Shown in pieces: positions 52,070 to 64,000 of a DNA stretch of 64,000 bases. Below the pieces are notes generated by a model. That model had not been told where the DNA came from and searched no databases. It saw nothing but the letters and a program-made list of their open reading frames with translations. The DNA lies in the NCBI GenBank assembly GCA_951406725.2, contig OX597829.1, forward strand, positions 53,568,001-53,632,000, read 5' to 3'. The DNA comes from Octopus vulgaris (taxonomy: Eukaryota). Position 1 is the first letter of the stretch, and every line of letters begins with the position of its first letter. A program made the translations under genes and the position numbers.

Positions 52070-54084
52070 CTGTCACTTTGCCAACCATGCCTTTATGTCA
52101 CCCATAGAGATTGCCTTCTCCGCTACACTGTCCTCTTCCTGGGAACCTATCTCTTCCACCACATCCGAATGCTGCTGCTCCTAAAGCTGCAGGAGTACAT
52201 CTGTCATCAGCTCCCCTGAGTGTTCCTCGACAAGATCATTAATGTCCCCATCGTCAACCTCGAGGCCCATGGACTTGCCAAGAGGCACTATCTCCTTGAC
52301 TATAGGTGTCTTAGACTCAAACTCCTCAAGGTCTCTTTCGGATGTGCAGTCAGGTCACAGTTTCATCCATGCAGAATTCAGCATTTTCCACATTACACTC
52401 TGCCAGGCCATATCGATGATCTTCAGGTAGATAATAATATTGTAGTATTCCTTCCAAAACTCATGAAGGGTTTGATTTGTATTTTCAGTGACTTCAAAGC
52501 ACCGATGAAACAGGTGTTTGATGTACAATTTCTTAAAATTAGAAACCACTTGTTGGTCCATGGGCTGCAAGGTAGGAGTGGTATGGCATGAAAGGGATAG
52601 AACTTTTGTGAATTTAAATTCATCCAGGATATCATCTTCAAAGTTAGGAAGGTGAGCAGGAGCACTGTTGAGGATGACAAGGGCCTTGAGAGGAAGATCA
52701 TTCTCCAGATGGTACTTTTTCACTGCTGGTCCAAAGATAAGGTTGACCCACATGGTCAGGAATTGCCTGGTAACCCAGGCTTTAATGTTTGCCCTCCTCC
52801 ACGTGATCTGTAGCATCTCCTTCAGGATTTTGTGTGACTTGGACACTCATGGGTTTTTGGAATGATAGACAAGAAGCAGCTTAATCTTCAAGTCTCCACT
52901 TGCATTGGCACAAAGGGCAACAGTTAGCCTTTTATAGGCTTGTGGGTTGGCATTTTCTTCTCCTTTGCATTTATGTAGGCTTTTCAGGGCATTTTTATTT
53001 CCAAAAAAGGTCAGTTTCTTCACAGTTGAATTTGTGTTGTATGATGTACCCCTCAGCTGTGATGAGCTGACAGAATTCACACACAAAATCTTCAACTGCC
53101 TTCATGTCAGAACTCGCTGCTTCTCTATTCCTAACAATGCTATGAACACCAGTCCTCTTGAAATTATCAAACCAGCCACGACTAGCCTTAACCCTTTCAT
53201 TACTGTATTTATTTTGAGATACTCTGTGTTTCTTTCAATTATTTTAAATATAACAAAGAATTTTGTAAAATAACTTAGTTAACATTAAGCCAGTGTTAGG
53301 AGCATTAATTGTGACTAAGGCTTCGTGGAAGATTTTAATTCAAAACTTAAGAAAACAAGACATTTTACCACAGAGCCGGTTTTGGCCGGGTTAGTAACAA
53401 AAGGGTTAAATGTGTCTGCTGATGTCTTCTCTGTGAATGTTCCAGAGTTCTATTTCAGGAGATCCCCATACAGTGCTTGTGCTTTCTCGCAGATGATGGT
53501 CTCCATAATCATATCCCCTGTGAGTTGCTTCTTGTCGATCTACAGGAGAAGCAATTTTTCCATCTCTTTGTGGACAGATGTGTGTTGCTTAGAGAGCCTT
53601 TGCAGTTGTAATGGCCTTGGTCTCATCCTTTCTCTTCAAGATGGTGCCGATCGTTGACGCGTTTTGGTCATATTGATGTGCTATATCCACTACATGCATT
53701 CCTCTCTCTCATGTTTATCAATGATTTCTTTCTTTAATTCTATCATAATCAGCTTTTTCTTCTTCTCAGCATTGTTCTTAGGGCCCATGGCTGACACAAC
53801 TAATTATTATAAAATAATAGCAAAAAAACACACTAAAAAAAAAACCACTGGAAAAAGCACAGTGGGGATGCTGCCACAATGAGATAAACATGTGAACTGA
53901 GCAAGCAGAGGCTGCACTTGTTGGGAGAGCATGTGTGAGGTCAGTGCTGACCAGTGGTAACATGTATGAAACTTTCTCATACTATGGATTTCCACTTCTA
54001 CTTCAGGACAAAATTTTGCACAAGCCTCGGCTCATACAGCAAATTATTTGTATAATAGTGCACTCGTACTGCGAGGTTCTACTG
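52070..54084 (-). mobile_element. Tigger/pogo DNA transposon, degenerate, 3' end lost
   Basis: 5' TIR CAGTAGAACCTCG at 54084; MGPK...IELKKEII..HE HTH from 53788; FKASRGWFDNFK; RLTVALCANASGDLK; DDE-like NSAPAH...TTPTLQPMDQQV. Confidence 0.9.
53192..53405. mobile_element. piggyBac-type MITE nested in the Tigger transposase
   Basis: TTAA-CCCTTTCATTACT ... AGTAACAAAAGGG-TTAA. Confidence 0.88.
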
Positions 54085-54150
54085 TGTGTATATATATATA
54101 TATATATCTATATATCTATATATATATATATACATACATACATACATACA

Positions 54151-54218
<68 letters not shown>

Positions 54219-54237
54219 AGTATGTATATATATGTAT

Positions 54238-54680
54238 AGGCACAGGTGTGGCTGTGGGGGTAAGAAGTTAGCTTCCCAACCACATGGTTCCAGGTTCAGT
54301 CCTACTGCGTGGCACGTTGGGCAAGTGTCTTCTATATCCTCGGGTCAACCAAAGCCTTGCAAGTGGATTTGGTAAATGGAAACTGAAAGAAGCCTGTTGT
54401 GTATAAATTGTATCTGTGTTTGTCCCCCACCACTACTTGACAACCAATGTCGGTGTATTTTATGTTCCCCATAACTTAGTGGTTTGGCAACAGAGACTGA
54501 TAGAATAAGTACCAGGCTTTGAAAATTTTTTTTAAATAAGTAAATAAATAAATAAATAAATAAGTACCTATGTTGCTTCATCTAACTAAAAACTCTTCAA
54601 GGCAGTGTTCCAGCATGGCCACAGCTTAATGACTGAAACAACAAGTAAAAGAAATAAAAGAAGGAAAAGATAAAAGATAA
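54238..54680 (+). mobile_element. SINE family B
   Basis: Head, core and extended AAAAGAT tail. Confidence 0.85.
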
Positions 54681-55364
54681 AACGATAAAACGATAGAAGA
54701 TAAAAAGATAGTGAGAGATGAGATGATATATATATATTACATAAACGATGAGATACTTTAGTGAAAGATGAGATACTGCACGTATTAGTTAGACTAACAA
54801 AAAAAGAAGAAAAGGGAAAAAACTATCACAAGGCTGTGTTTCTACTTGGAAACGTAATAAGTATAGAAAAGGAAACAGGATAGCAGAGATCGTAAAAAAA
54901 ACATAAATAGAGAGAAAACAGATAGCTATACTTGACTTTCTAAGTTGATAGGTTTGATATATTATTACCAATATTATCCAGAGGATTATGCAGGAAGGTT
55001 ATTTGAGAATGACCAAAAAAAAAAAAAAATAGATATATAAATAAGTAAAAGTTTTTTAAAGTTAGTTGTTATTGTTGTTGTTGTTGTTGTTGATTAGCAT
55101 CATTGTTGTGGTTTACTGAAGTGTATTGACGACGGTGGGTAAATAATTTCAAATGTGTTCATCAAAAAAAAAAAAAAAAAAATCAAAGTTTTTTTTGTTT
55201 TTAATATATATTTTTTTTATTTTTTATCTTTTATTTGTTTCAGTCATTTAAGGCTGTTACTTCTTTTTTTTTTTTATCGATCTCTTTTGCTGAACTGTTA
55301 AACAAACCAATACCAGTTATCAAGCGATAGGTGGAGAGGACAAACACAAACACAAAAATGAACC

Positions 55365-55487
<123 letters not shown>

Positions 55488-55829
55488 ATCATTATCATCA
55501 TCCTCGTCATTACCATCACCACTTAGCATCTGTTTGCCATGTTGGCATGGGTTGAATGATTTTGACAGGAGCTGGCGAACCAGAGAACTGTAACTCCGTG
55601 CTTTCAAAGACATGGGGAAAAACAAAAGTCCTTTACTTGACTGAAAAACAGGTCAGGGTTAGAGATAGGAAGGGCATCTGGTTGTAAAATAATGCTTCAG
55701 TAATAAGTATTTGTCTCACCTTATTCCGTTTAGCACAAGACATACATTCATTGCAACCTGTCTTACTGCAGTGCCAATAGATGCTTCCATCAACAGTGTA
55801 TATCTTCATCATCTGTTGATTTCTAACAA

Positions 55830-56170
55830 ATCTTCTTAGGTAGTATTTCCCTCTCTTGGAAATACCATCAAAGGTAACATATTTATCAAGAACTTCTTTT
55901 ACTCCAATATTACAACATTACAAACAAGCATTTTCATGAAACCATCTAGTACCATGTTGGCCGCCGTGAAGATCTTACCACAATGGAAGAGAAAAAAAAA
56001 ACTATGGTCATGCAACAAGTTTCAGTGGTCTTGCAAGAAACCATTCCACAAGGAACTGCGGGGAAAGGAAGAAGGAGAAATGGACAGAATAAAAGATAGA
56101 TGGATCAAGAAATGGACATTAGCAGATATGAGCTGAGGCACACAACTGTGACAGACGAGGGGCCAAGACA
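55830..56170 (+). mobile_element. Degenerate RTE-like 3' coding fragment
   Basis: YGHATSFSGL / TIPQGTAGKGRRRNGQNKR / IKKWT motifs across frameshifts. Confidence 0.5.
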
Positions 56171-56822
56171 TGCATAAAAATGGTTCACATTCATATCTTT
56201 ACGTATACCTGAACTGTTTGCACAATTTTTTTTTATGAATCATATTTGGATAAAAATACTCCAAGTACTGAACAGTCATTGAAAGTGCCAATGAAAACCA
56301 TTAAATTGGATGTAAAATTGCCTATGAGTCATTAAATTTGACAACATCTGGGAAAAATGCAATATGGGTGAACAAAACAGGCCAGTATACCAACTTATAA
56401 AGGAAAACATGAAAAGTAATTTCAGACATCTTACATCAATGGTTCTCAACAGAGGTCCACAGGAACCTAGGGTAGCATCTATATAAAATTTTATTAGAAA
56501 TTACATACAATAAATCAGTTATAATTCTACAATACACAAAATATTTTAACTATTTTTATATACAATTTCTAATAATATTGAATAATAAAAATATAATAGG
56601 ATTTTTAAAACATCAAATGACTATGGGGGTCTTGTAGAGTGTAGTGGGACCATATTGAAGACACACACACATGCATGTTATGGGCTTCTTTCAGTTTCTA
56701 TCTATTAAATCCACTCACAAGGTTTGATCAGCCTGAGACTATAGCAGAAACCATTTGCCTAAGGTGCCATGCAGTGGGACTGAACCTGGAACCATGTGGT
56801 TGGCAAGCAAACTTCTTATCAC

Positions 56823-57209
56823 ACAGACACACCCTACCATATTCTGAGCGCCTTGTTTCCCTGGGCATGGATTCACTGAAGCTCCGGCGTCTGGCAATGG
56901 ATTTGGTACACACCCACAAGGTTATCAACCACCTCACCAACAACAACACTGAACACCTTTTTGATCTCCATGTGTCTAACACACGTGGACATGCCTACAA
57001 AGTCAGAAAACAACACAGCTCCCATGACTTTCGGAAACATTTTTTCATGCTCAGAGTTGCTGAAGCATGGAATAAACTGCCTGCGTCAGTTGTTGACTGC
57101 CATGACACTGCATCCTTTAAGGCCCTCATGCTTTCCGAAATCCGCCGAAACTACACCTGATTATATATACACTTTAGATGAGTTGTAGTGCACCTGAGCA
57201 CTGTACACA

Positions 57210-57260
<51 letters not shown>
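56823..57260 (+). mobile_element. CR1-clade LINE 3' end, near-identical to 15445-15842
   Basis: Same coding end, UTR and (ATT)n tail. Confidence 0.9.
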
Positions 57261-57572
57261 AATCTGCTTTCTCCTATTCCCTTCTACTATCAATCTTTTA
57301 TGCATTATTTCTATTCAAGATGTTGTTGTTTTTATTGTCATTCCAGCTGTGGCCCTTCTATCTTTTTATATAATTAAGACTACATTCTGTACTGCATCCT
57401 TCCTTTGTTTAAATAAGAAGGAATTCAGTTACTATTTCTAGTAAGTCAGTGATCACATAGAGGTTCCTTTATTGCTGACTAGATTGGTGTCATTGATTTT
57501 TGAGTCCCAGATCAACACTGATAGAGTGACCTATGGTCAAAGTCATTCTCAAAGTGCCGATTCCGTGTTTAA

Positions 57573-57794
57573 TCCCTTAGCATTTAAACCAGCTCTCTCT
57601 GGCCCAAATATTCTACCCTGTTATATGATGAAATCGGTCAGCTATGAACTTTCGCTCATACCCTGTTCTGTCATTCTAAAATTAAACAATCACATCACTG
57701 AAATTTTGTATCTACATGATTGTTCTTAATTAATTCAAAACAATGTGAACAAAAATGCATTACATTTGACAGAGTAATTCAGAATGTTAAAGGG
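57573..57794. mobile_element. piggyBac-type MITE, same family as 25512-25730 in reverse
   Basis: TTAA-TCCCTTAGCATT ... AATGTTAAAGGG-TTAA. Confidence 0.8.
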
Positions 57795-57960
57795 TTAAGA
57801 TATATGTCGACTACATTATGTAACATGACATCTTTACAAAGATAATGGGACGTATCATATTTTATTTTTCCCAAGAACAAGTCCTGAAAATTTACCATCT
57901 ATCCTAAAGGACAAAGGTTATGTTTTCGTTAATCCCAGAGGAAGTTTATTGTAAACTTAC

Positions 57961-57972
57961 TGTGTCTCCATT
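57961..57972 (-). CDS. Candidate 12-nt microexon of an unidentified host gene
   Basis: Minus strand ttttttgttattttcttttactttacag|AATGGAGACACA|gtaagt. Confidence 0.45.
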
Positions 57973-58097
57973 CTGTAAAGTAAAAGAAAATAACAAAAAA
58001 TGCTGTCTGTAGATTGGCAACAGCATTTATGTGTTGCTAAGTTATTATCAAAACCTCTTGCTAAAGTATTTGAAAGTTCTGAGACTTTGCTCTTGTT

Positions 58098-58527
58098 AAT
58101 CTTTTTATCTTTTATTCTATTTTTTTTTTTTTTTTTTGTTTCAGGCATTAGATAGTGGCCACGCTGGGGTACCGCCATGAAGAACTTGAATTGAACAAAT
58201 CAACCCCAGTACTTATTTTTGCTTTTGAGCCTCATACTTATTATACCAGTGTCATTTGCTGAACTGCTAAGTTACAGGGATGTAAACACACCAGCACCAG
58301 TTGTCAAGCAATAGGATGAGGACAAACACAACCACAAAGACACATTCATACAGATACATACATACGATAGGCTTCTTTCAGTTTCCATCTACCAAGTCCA
58401 CTCACAAGGCTTTGGTCGGCCCAAGGTTATAGTAGAAAACACTTGCCCAAGGTGCCGTGCAGTGGAACTGAACCCTGAGCCAAGTGGTTGGGAAGCAAAC
58501 TTCTTACCACACAGCCACTCCTGTACC
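58098..58527 (-). mobile_element. SINE family B (diverged)
   Basis: Family B body and head. Confidence 0.85.
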
Positions 58528-60464
58528 TAATTTTGTTTAAAAATTTCTAGTATAAATGAGGGTGCTACTTTTAACTGGAGCATCCCCAATGCCAGAAAAT
58601 AGTAATTTTACTGAGATTTGGCTACTATTTCTAGTCAGTTGAGTGACCATTTAGAGGCTGTTTAACTATGTTGCACTGAAACCTACAGTTAACTAATAAA
58701 CTTATTCTTCTCTTAAAAGGATAAAAGCACTCTTTTTACAATGGTTTCAAATTTTGACACAAGGCCAGCAATTCTTACGGATGCAGTAAGTCAATTACAT
58801 TGACCCCAGGGCTTGACTGCTATTTATTTTATCAATCCTGGGAGGATGAAAGGCAAAATGAACCTTGGTACCATTTGAACTCAGAACATAAAAAGACAGA
58901 AGAAATGCTGCCAAGTATTTTGTCTGATGCACCAAGGACAATGCCAACCCATTTGATACTACCTGGCCCCATGTCATCAAAAATGAGGGATAATTGTAAT
59001 ATTTTATATATAAATATGGACAAAAGATAGAATCATCATCATCATCATCATCATCGTTTAACATCTGGACGGTTCGACCGGGGATCTGGGAAGCCAGAAG
59101 GCTGCACCAGGCTCCAGTCTTATCTGGCAGTGTTTCTACAGTTGGATGCCCTTCCTAATGCCAACCACTCCGTGAGTGTAGTGGGTGCTTTTTACGTGCC
59201 ACCTGCACAGGTGCCAGGTGAGGCTGGCAACGGCCACGGTTGGATTGGTGCATTTTACGTGCCACCGGCACGGAAGCCAGTCGAGGCGGCGCTGGCGTCG
59301 GCCACGATTCGGATAGTGCTTTTTACGTACCACCAGTCCAGGGGTCCTGGCATCTGCTGGGTGCCAGTCATAGGATTGGTTCAATTTCGATTTCACTTGC
59401 CCCAACAATTAAATTTCACTTGCCCCAACAATTAAAACACATGTCAATGTTATCAAGTGGTTGTCTTTTGAGATTTGACATTGATCATCATTTGTTACTG
59501 AAAGAATGCTGGTTCACACATACATTCACACACTTCCCTTGTACACACACACACACACACACACACATACATACACAGAGTTGAAACACTGTTTGATTTT
59601 TTCTTCTCAGCATTGAATGTTCACCATCCCACTTCCATTGTACACACACACACATTCACATACTTCCCTTTTATATACACTCACACATATACTCACACAG
59701 AATTGAAACACTGAATCCGTTCTCATTCATATGTTGTGGCTGAGAAAAACACAAGATTATTATTAAGGTAGATATTACCAACAAAATATAATTTAAGTTA
59801 GAAAAAACACATTAAGAAAGAAATTCAACCAAAGTAACTTTAAAACATGTCCCAACATGATAACATCAAATAATAATAGAGTGCTTTCTGATATAAGCAC
59901 CACAAGGTTGTAATATTTGGGGCAGCTGGCAGAGTTGTTAGCACACCTGGCAAAATGCTTAGCAGTATTTTGTGCACCTTTATGCTTTGAGTTCAAATCC
60001 TGCCAAGGTCGGCTTTGCTTTTCATCCTTTCAAGTACCAATTCGGAACTAGGGTTCATGTAATCTACTTACCTACTCCTCTGAAATTGCTGGCCTTGTGC
60101 CAAAATTTAAAACCAATATTTGGGGCAGATATTAAGTTTATTAAATCATTCCCAATATTTGATCAACAATAATGATGTTTGTTGGAGGGGGGTGGGTTCT
60201 ATTGAAAGAATTTCTTATAAGGTGAGGTTGTCATTGAATTTGAGAAGTTTATTAATGGTGGAGAGGCTAAGTTTAATGGGATTGGTAAAATATCATCATC
60301 ATCATCATCACCATCGTTTAATATGTTATCAATGCTGGCATAAGTTGGATGGTTTGACAGGAGGTGGAAAGGCCAGGAGATGCATGAGTTTTATTGCCTG
60401 TTTTAGCATGGTTTCTGAGGCCGGATGCCATTGCTAATGCCAACCACTTTACAAAGTGTATTCA

Positions 60465-60612
60465 GTGCTTTTTATGTGGCACATTCACCTGTGCTTTTTA
60501 TGTGACACTGTCACCTGTGCTTTTTATGTGACACTGTCACCTGTGCTTTTTATGTGACACTGTCACCTGTGCTTTTTATGTGGCACTGTCACCTGTGCTT
60601 TTTATGTGACAC
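60465..60612. repeat. 26-bp tandem repeat (~5.7 units) within an RTE 3' UTR copy
   Basis: GTGCTTTTTATGTGACACTGTCACCT at 60465, 60491, 60517, 60543, 60569, 60595. Confidence 0.92.
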
Positions 60613-61909
60613 CATCACTAGCAGGGTCACGAAGTACATTGCAAAACAAAAATCCCTCATTTGTTGAATTTTTGCTCTTCATTTTTTATATTTATGATAT
60701 GGATTGTTTCTAGTATTGTGGGGACTCATTAGTCACCTTTTGATTTTATTGAGGAAAAATCAGAGTTTGTGTCTAGGTTTGGCACAATGTTACATATTAT
60801 AAGGCAGAGTCAGCTTTTAACTAAATAGTCAAACTATATTACTCTTGTTTATTTTATCAACCTCCAAAGGAATGAAAGGCAAAATTGATCTCTACAAGAG
60901 TGGAACTCAGTTTGTAATTCAGGGCATGTAACTAAATACCAAAGGCCGTTTTGATTCCATAATCCAAATATTATAAAAATGCTGTCACCATTAACTGGTT
61001 TATATGATTCAGCCACAAGAAGGTATTTGTCCTATTGTTGTTCTATTCTGCAGCTATCACTGGATGATGACTTAAGTTAGTATAGTACAATAAAAAAATA
61101 TTGGTTTCAAGGTTTGTCACAAGGCCAGCAATTTTGGGCAAGGGGTGGGGAAGTAGATTACATTGACCCTGGTGCTTAACTGGTACTTATTTTATTGAAC
61201 CCAAAAAGGATGAAAAGCAAAGTTGACCTCAGTAGATTTTGAACTCAGAATGCCACTAAGAATTTTGCCCAGCATGCTAATGATTCTGCCAGCCTGTCAC
61301 CTTACTGTAGCAAAATATTGTTTGAAGACATGCTTTCCCAGAGTGTCCTGACTCTTAAAAAACTCAAGATTCAAATATTTCTAATCACTGTACTTAATCT
61401 AATTCTAATAATTTAAATTACAGGTACGACTCATTTTCGCCAGTTGGTTTCAAATTTTTGGCCCAATGCCAGCAATTTGGGAAATAGGGAGCCACTTAGT
61501 TGTTTACAAATTTATTTTAAAAGATTTCTTTCAACATTTTTACCTGCAAGTAAGTCAACATATTTATCAAGGTATGTGAAATATGAAAAATACTCAATAT
61601 ACATATTATACAAGTGTTGCCCTACTCACCTCCATTCTAAATTTTAAGTTTCATTTTGTAAGATCTATATGTGAGGTATGTCAATATGTGCGTAATTATG
61701 TCCACCAGTTTTGTTTTTGTCTCCCTCATATTAAATCTCAATGTAATCATAATCTAAATAATCTGAAAAGTATTTGTAGAAATTTTTATTAAAAAAGTGC
61801 AATATTTATGGAAGTTATGAACAAAATTTACTCATTGAAATTTTCTGAAACTCTTCTTCTCCCACTTACAAAAACATTTTTCACAACAAATTCTAATATA
61901 CATTATTTA

Positions 61910-63183
61910 TTGGGTTGTCCAGAAAGTTCGTGCTGGTTTATAGTAGCTTACCTTTCAACTTATTTTATAACATGGTTGAGTCCATAAAATAGGATTTGAC
62001 TACACCTCCATTTAGAGCACAGTTTAAGCTATCTTTTCGTGGAAGAAGGTTTATGTTCCTATAACCTGTGTTAATTCTGCAACCCTTTAAAATGGAAGAT
62101 AAGTTCATTTTCAGCACTTGATGCTTTTCTTTTTCCGTAAAGGGAAAAATGCCTCACAAGCAACCAAAGAAATATGCACAGTTTACGGTGATGTTTCTTT
62201 ATCCGAAAGAACTGTACAGAAGTGGTTTGCAAGGTTCCAAGCTGGAGATTGTAGCCTTATTGATAAAGAGTGCTCAGGCAGACCATCCACCACAGATGAT
62301 GACCAAATCAAGTCATTATTTGAGAATAACCCACACTGCACAACCCGAGAATTGGCAGAAAGCCTCAACCTATCAAAATCCATCATTCATGAGCACCTGG
62401 TAAAGTTTGGGTATACAAATTGCTACGATGTTTGGGTACCACATGAGTTGAGTGAGAAGAACCTTTTGGATCGCATTTCCATCTGTGATTCGCTTTATAA
62501 ATAGAATGAAAACACACTTTTTTTAAAGCAAATTGTGACAGGTGATGAGAAATGGATTATCTACTGAAATGTTCAGAGAAAGCGATCCTGGAGTAAGCGA
62601 CATGAGCCACTTTTAGCCACCCCAAAAGCGGGTCTTCACCCTAAAAAAGTCATGCTTTGTGTCTGGTGGGATTGGAAAGGAATTCTGTACTATGAGCTTC
62701 TCCCAAGTAACCAGACAATTAATTCTGAGAAATACTGCATACAACTGGATGAGTTAAAAGCAGCAATTCAAGAGAAACGTCCAGAATTGGCCAACAGGAA
62801 GGGTGTTGTTTTCTAACATGATAATGCAAGACCACACGTTTCTTTTGGAACCAGAAAAAAATTGCTGCAGCTTGGCTGGGATGTGTTACTCCACCCTCCA
62901 TATTCACCAGATATTACGTCTTCGGATTCTCCCTTATTCAGGTCTCTGCAGAATAGTCTTAATGGTAAAAATTTCAATTCCTTGGATGACGTAAAAAGAT
63001 ACATTGATGAATTCTTTGACACACCTCAATTCTGAGAAGAGGGTATTTTCAAGTTAAAGGAAAGATGGAGATGCATTGTGCAACAAAATGGTTCATATTT
63101 GGTTGATTAAAAATGTAATGTCAAGTATTTATTGACTTTTTTCTTTCCTTTAAAAGTCAGCACGCACTTTCCGGACAACCCAA
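61910..63183 (+). mobile_element. Full-length (1274 bp) DD34D mariner
   Basis: TA-TTGGGTTGTCCAGAAAGT ... ACTTTCCGGACAACCCAA-TA. Confidence 0.97.
62092..63110 (+). pseudogene. Mariner transposase, several stops and frameshifts
   Basis: WVPHEL, TGDEKW, HDNARPH-(34)-YSPDITSSD motifs. Confidence 0.93.
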
Positions 63184-63185
63184 TA

Positions 63186-63560
63186 CATTATTTACATTTG
63201 ACGGATATTTGTCCTCACCTTGTTTGTTGCTAACACAATGTTTCAGCTGATATACCCTCCAGCCTTCATCAGGTGTCTTGGGGAAATTTCAAACCTATGA
63301 ACATCGCAAAGCTGTTACACGAGGAGATATTGATAAATCGGGTATAGCTGATCTTGTATGGAAAAATGGAGACCACCTCCCCCTGTGGGATGAAGTTAAA
63401 ATAATAGACATGGAACACCATTGAAAAATAGAAAAACTAAAAGAAGCAGCACATCTGCTAGGACACAACAACCTCCTAAGCAGACCGAGTGCAGATATGA
63501 ACAGCATATGGAAACCGGTATTAAGGAAGGACAGGAGAATATTAGATTTATAAGCCATAA
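63186..63560. mobile_element. Penelope-like element remnant: inverted terminal repeat piece (-) joined to a GIY-YIG C-terminus (+)
   Basis: Plus 63299-63535 EHRKAV...KSGIADLVW..DH...WDEVKIID.E...KLKEA; minus 63186-63296 carries a hammerhead and a (AATAATGTA)n-type tail. Confidence 0.75.
63232..63277 (-). ncRNA. Minimal type I hammerhead ribozyme (Penelope-type)
   Basis: GACAC-CTGATGA-A-GGCTG-GAGGGTATAT-CAGCT-GAAA-CA-TT-GTGTT; 5-bp stems I and II. Confidence 0.75.
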
Positions 63561-63582
63561 AATTCACTCCATAATTGCCCAA

Positions 63583-64000
63583 GGGCATATGGCGTAGAGG
63601 TTAAGAGCACGGGCTACTAACCCCAAGATTCCAAGTTTGATTCCAGGCAGTGACCTGAACCTAAACCTGAACAATAATAACAATAATAATAATGATAATA
63701 ATAATGATAATGATAATGAATGCCCTCATGCAATACCAGGCAGTGGCTCTCATGGCTTCTGATCTTAACTGATTGGAAGTGTTATCATGTACATTGTTTT
63801 GTCTTGGTATAAAAGATGGGCTACAGCAAATATTCTGCTCAATACCACAGATTTGCTTGTCAGTTGTTTGACCTTAACCAGTTGAGCATGTCCCTTAGTG
63901 GCTGATGATATGTGCATCTCTGATCATGAGCAGAAGTAGTGGGGGAGCATCATAGCCATGTGTTGAGAGGGTTTCTTTGGGGTTTGGATAATCCACCTCT
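63583..64000 (+). mobile_element. tRNA-headed SINE (family D), runs off the window
   Basis: A-box TGGCGTAGAGG, B-box GTTTGATTCC, internal (AAT)n; body matches 46015-46228. Confidence 0.75.

Noticed and set aside
55720-55812. 93-nt open minus-strand exon candidate
   Set aside because: Weak acceptor; more simply read as the antisense of a decayed RTE fragment.
61630-61762. Minus-strand exon-like segment with ttttcag and gtgagt ends
   Set aside because: Stops in all three frames.
61899-63194. Apparent 11-bp TSD (TACATTATTTA) around the mariner
   Set aside because: Explained by a normal TA duplication inside the tandem TACATTATT tail of the adjacent Penelope-like element.
63583-63650. tRNA gene-like sequence (also at other SINE heads)
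   Set aside because: A/B boxes present but no complete cloverleaf; continues into a SINE body.

Overview
AT-rich, repeat-saturated eukaryotic DNA. The SINE/LINE families and the density of (TA)n/(CA)n/(AAT)n/(GAT)n microsatellites point to an octopod cephalopod (inference from recognised repeat types). There is no intact host gene. The only clearly host-derived coding piece is a truncated septin-7-like fragment (~45.6-45.85 kb), plus a candidate 12-nt microexon on the minus strand (57961-57972). The rest is transposon debris. Retroelements: at least four tRNA-headed SINE families, RTE, CR1, R4/Dong and L1/Tx1 LINE fragments, a deleted Gypsy LTR element and a Penelope-like end. DNA elements: mariner (one full-length, one deleted), a DD37D-like fragment, a Tigger element, piggyBac-, hAT- and pogo-type MITEs and a non-autonomous Helitron. 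There is also a 22-unit 93-bp satellite made from a SINE tail. The most interesting unexplained signal is a set of short (TA)n-embedded elements that carry hammerhead-ribozyme cores (several with ~55-95 nt stem II inserts) and are repeatedly arranged as fold-back inverted repeats. In one 183-bp inverted repeat, 4 of the 5 arm differences hit the catalytic core. All alignments and folds were done by eye; boundaries of degenerate elements are approximate.
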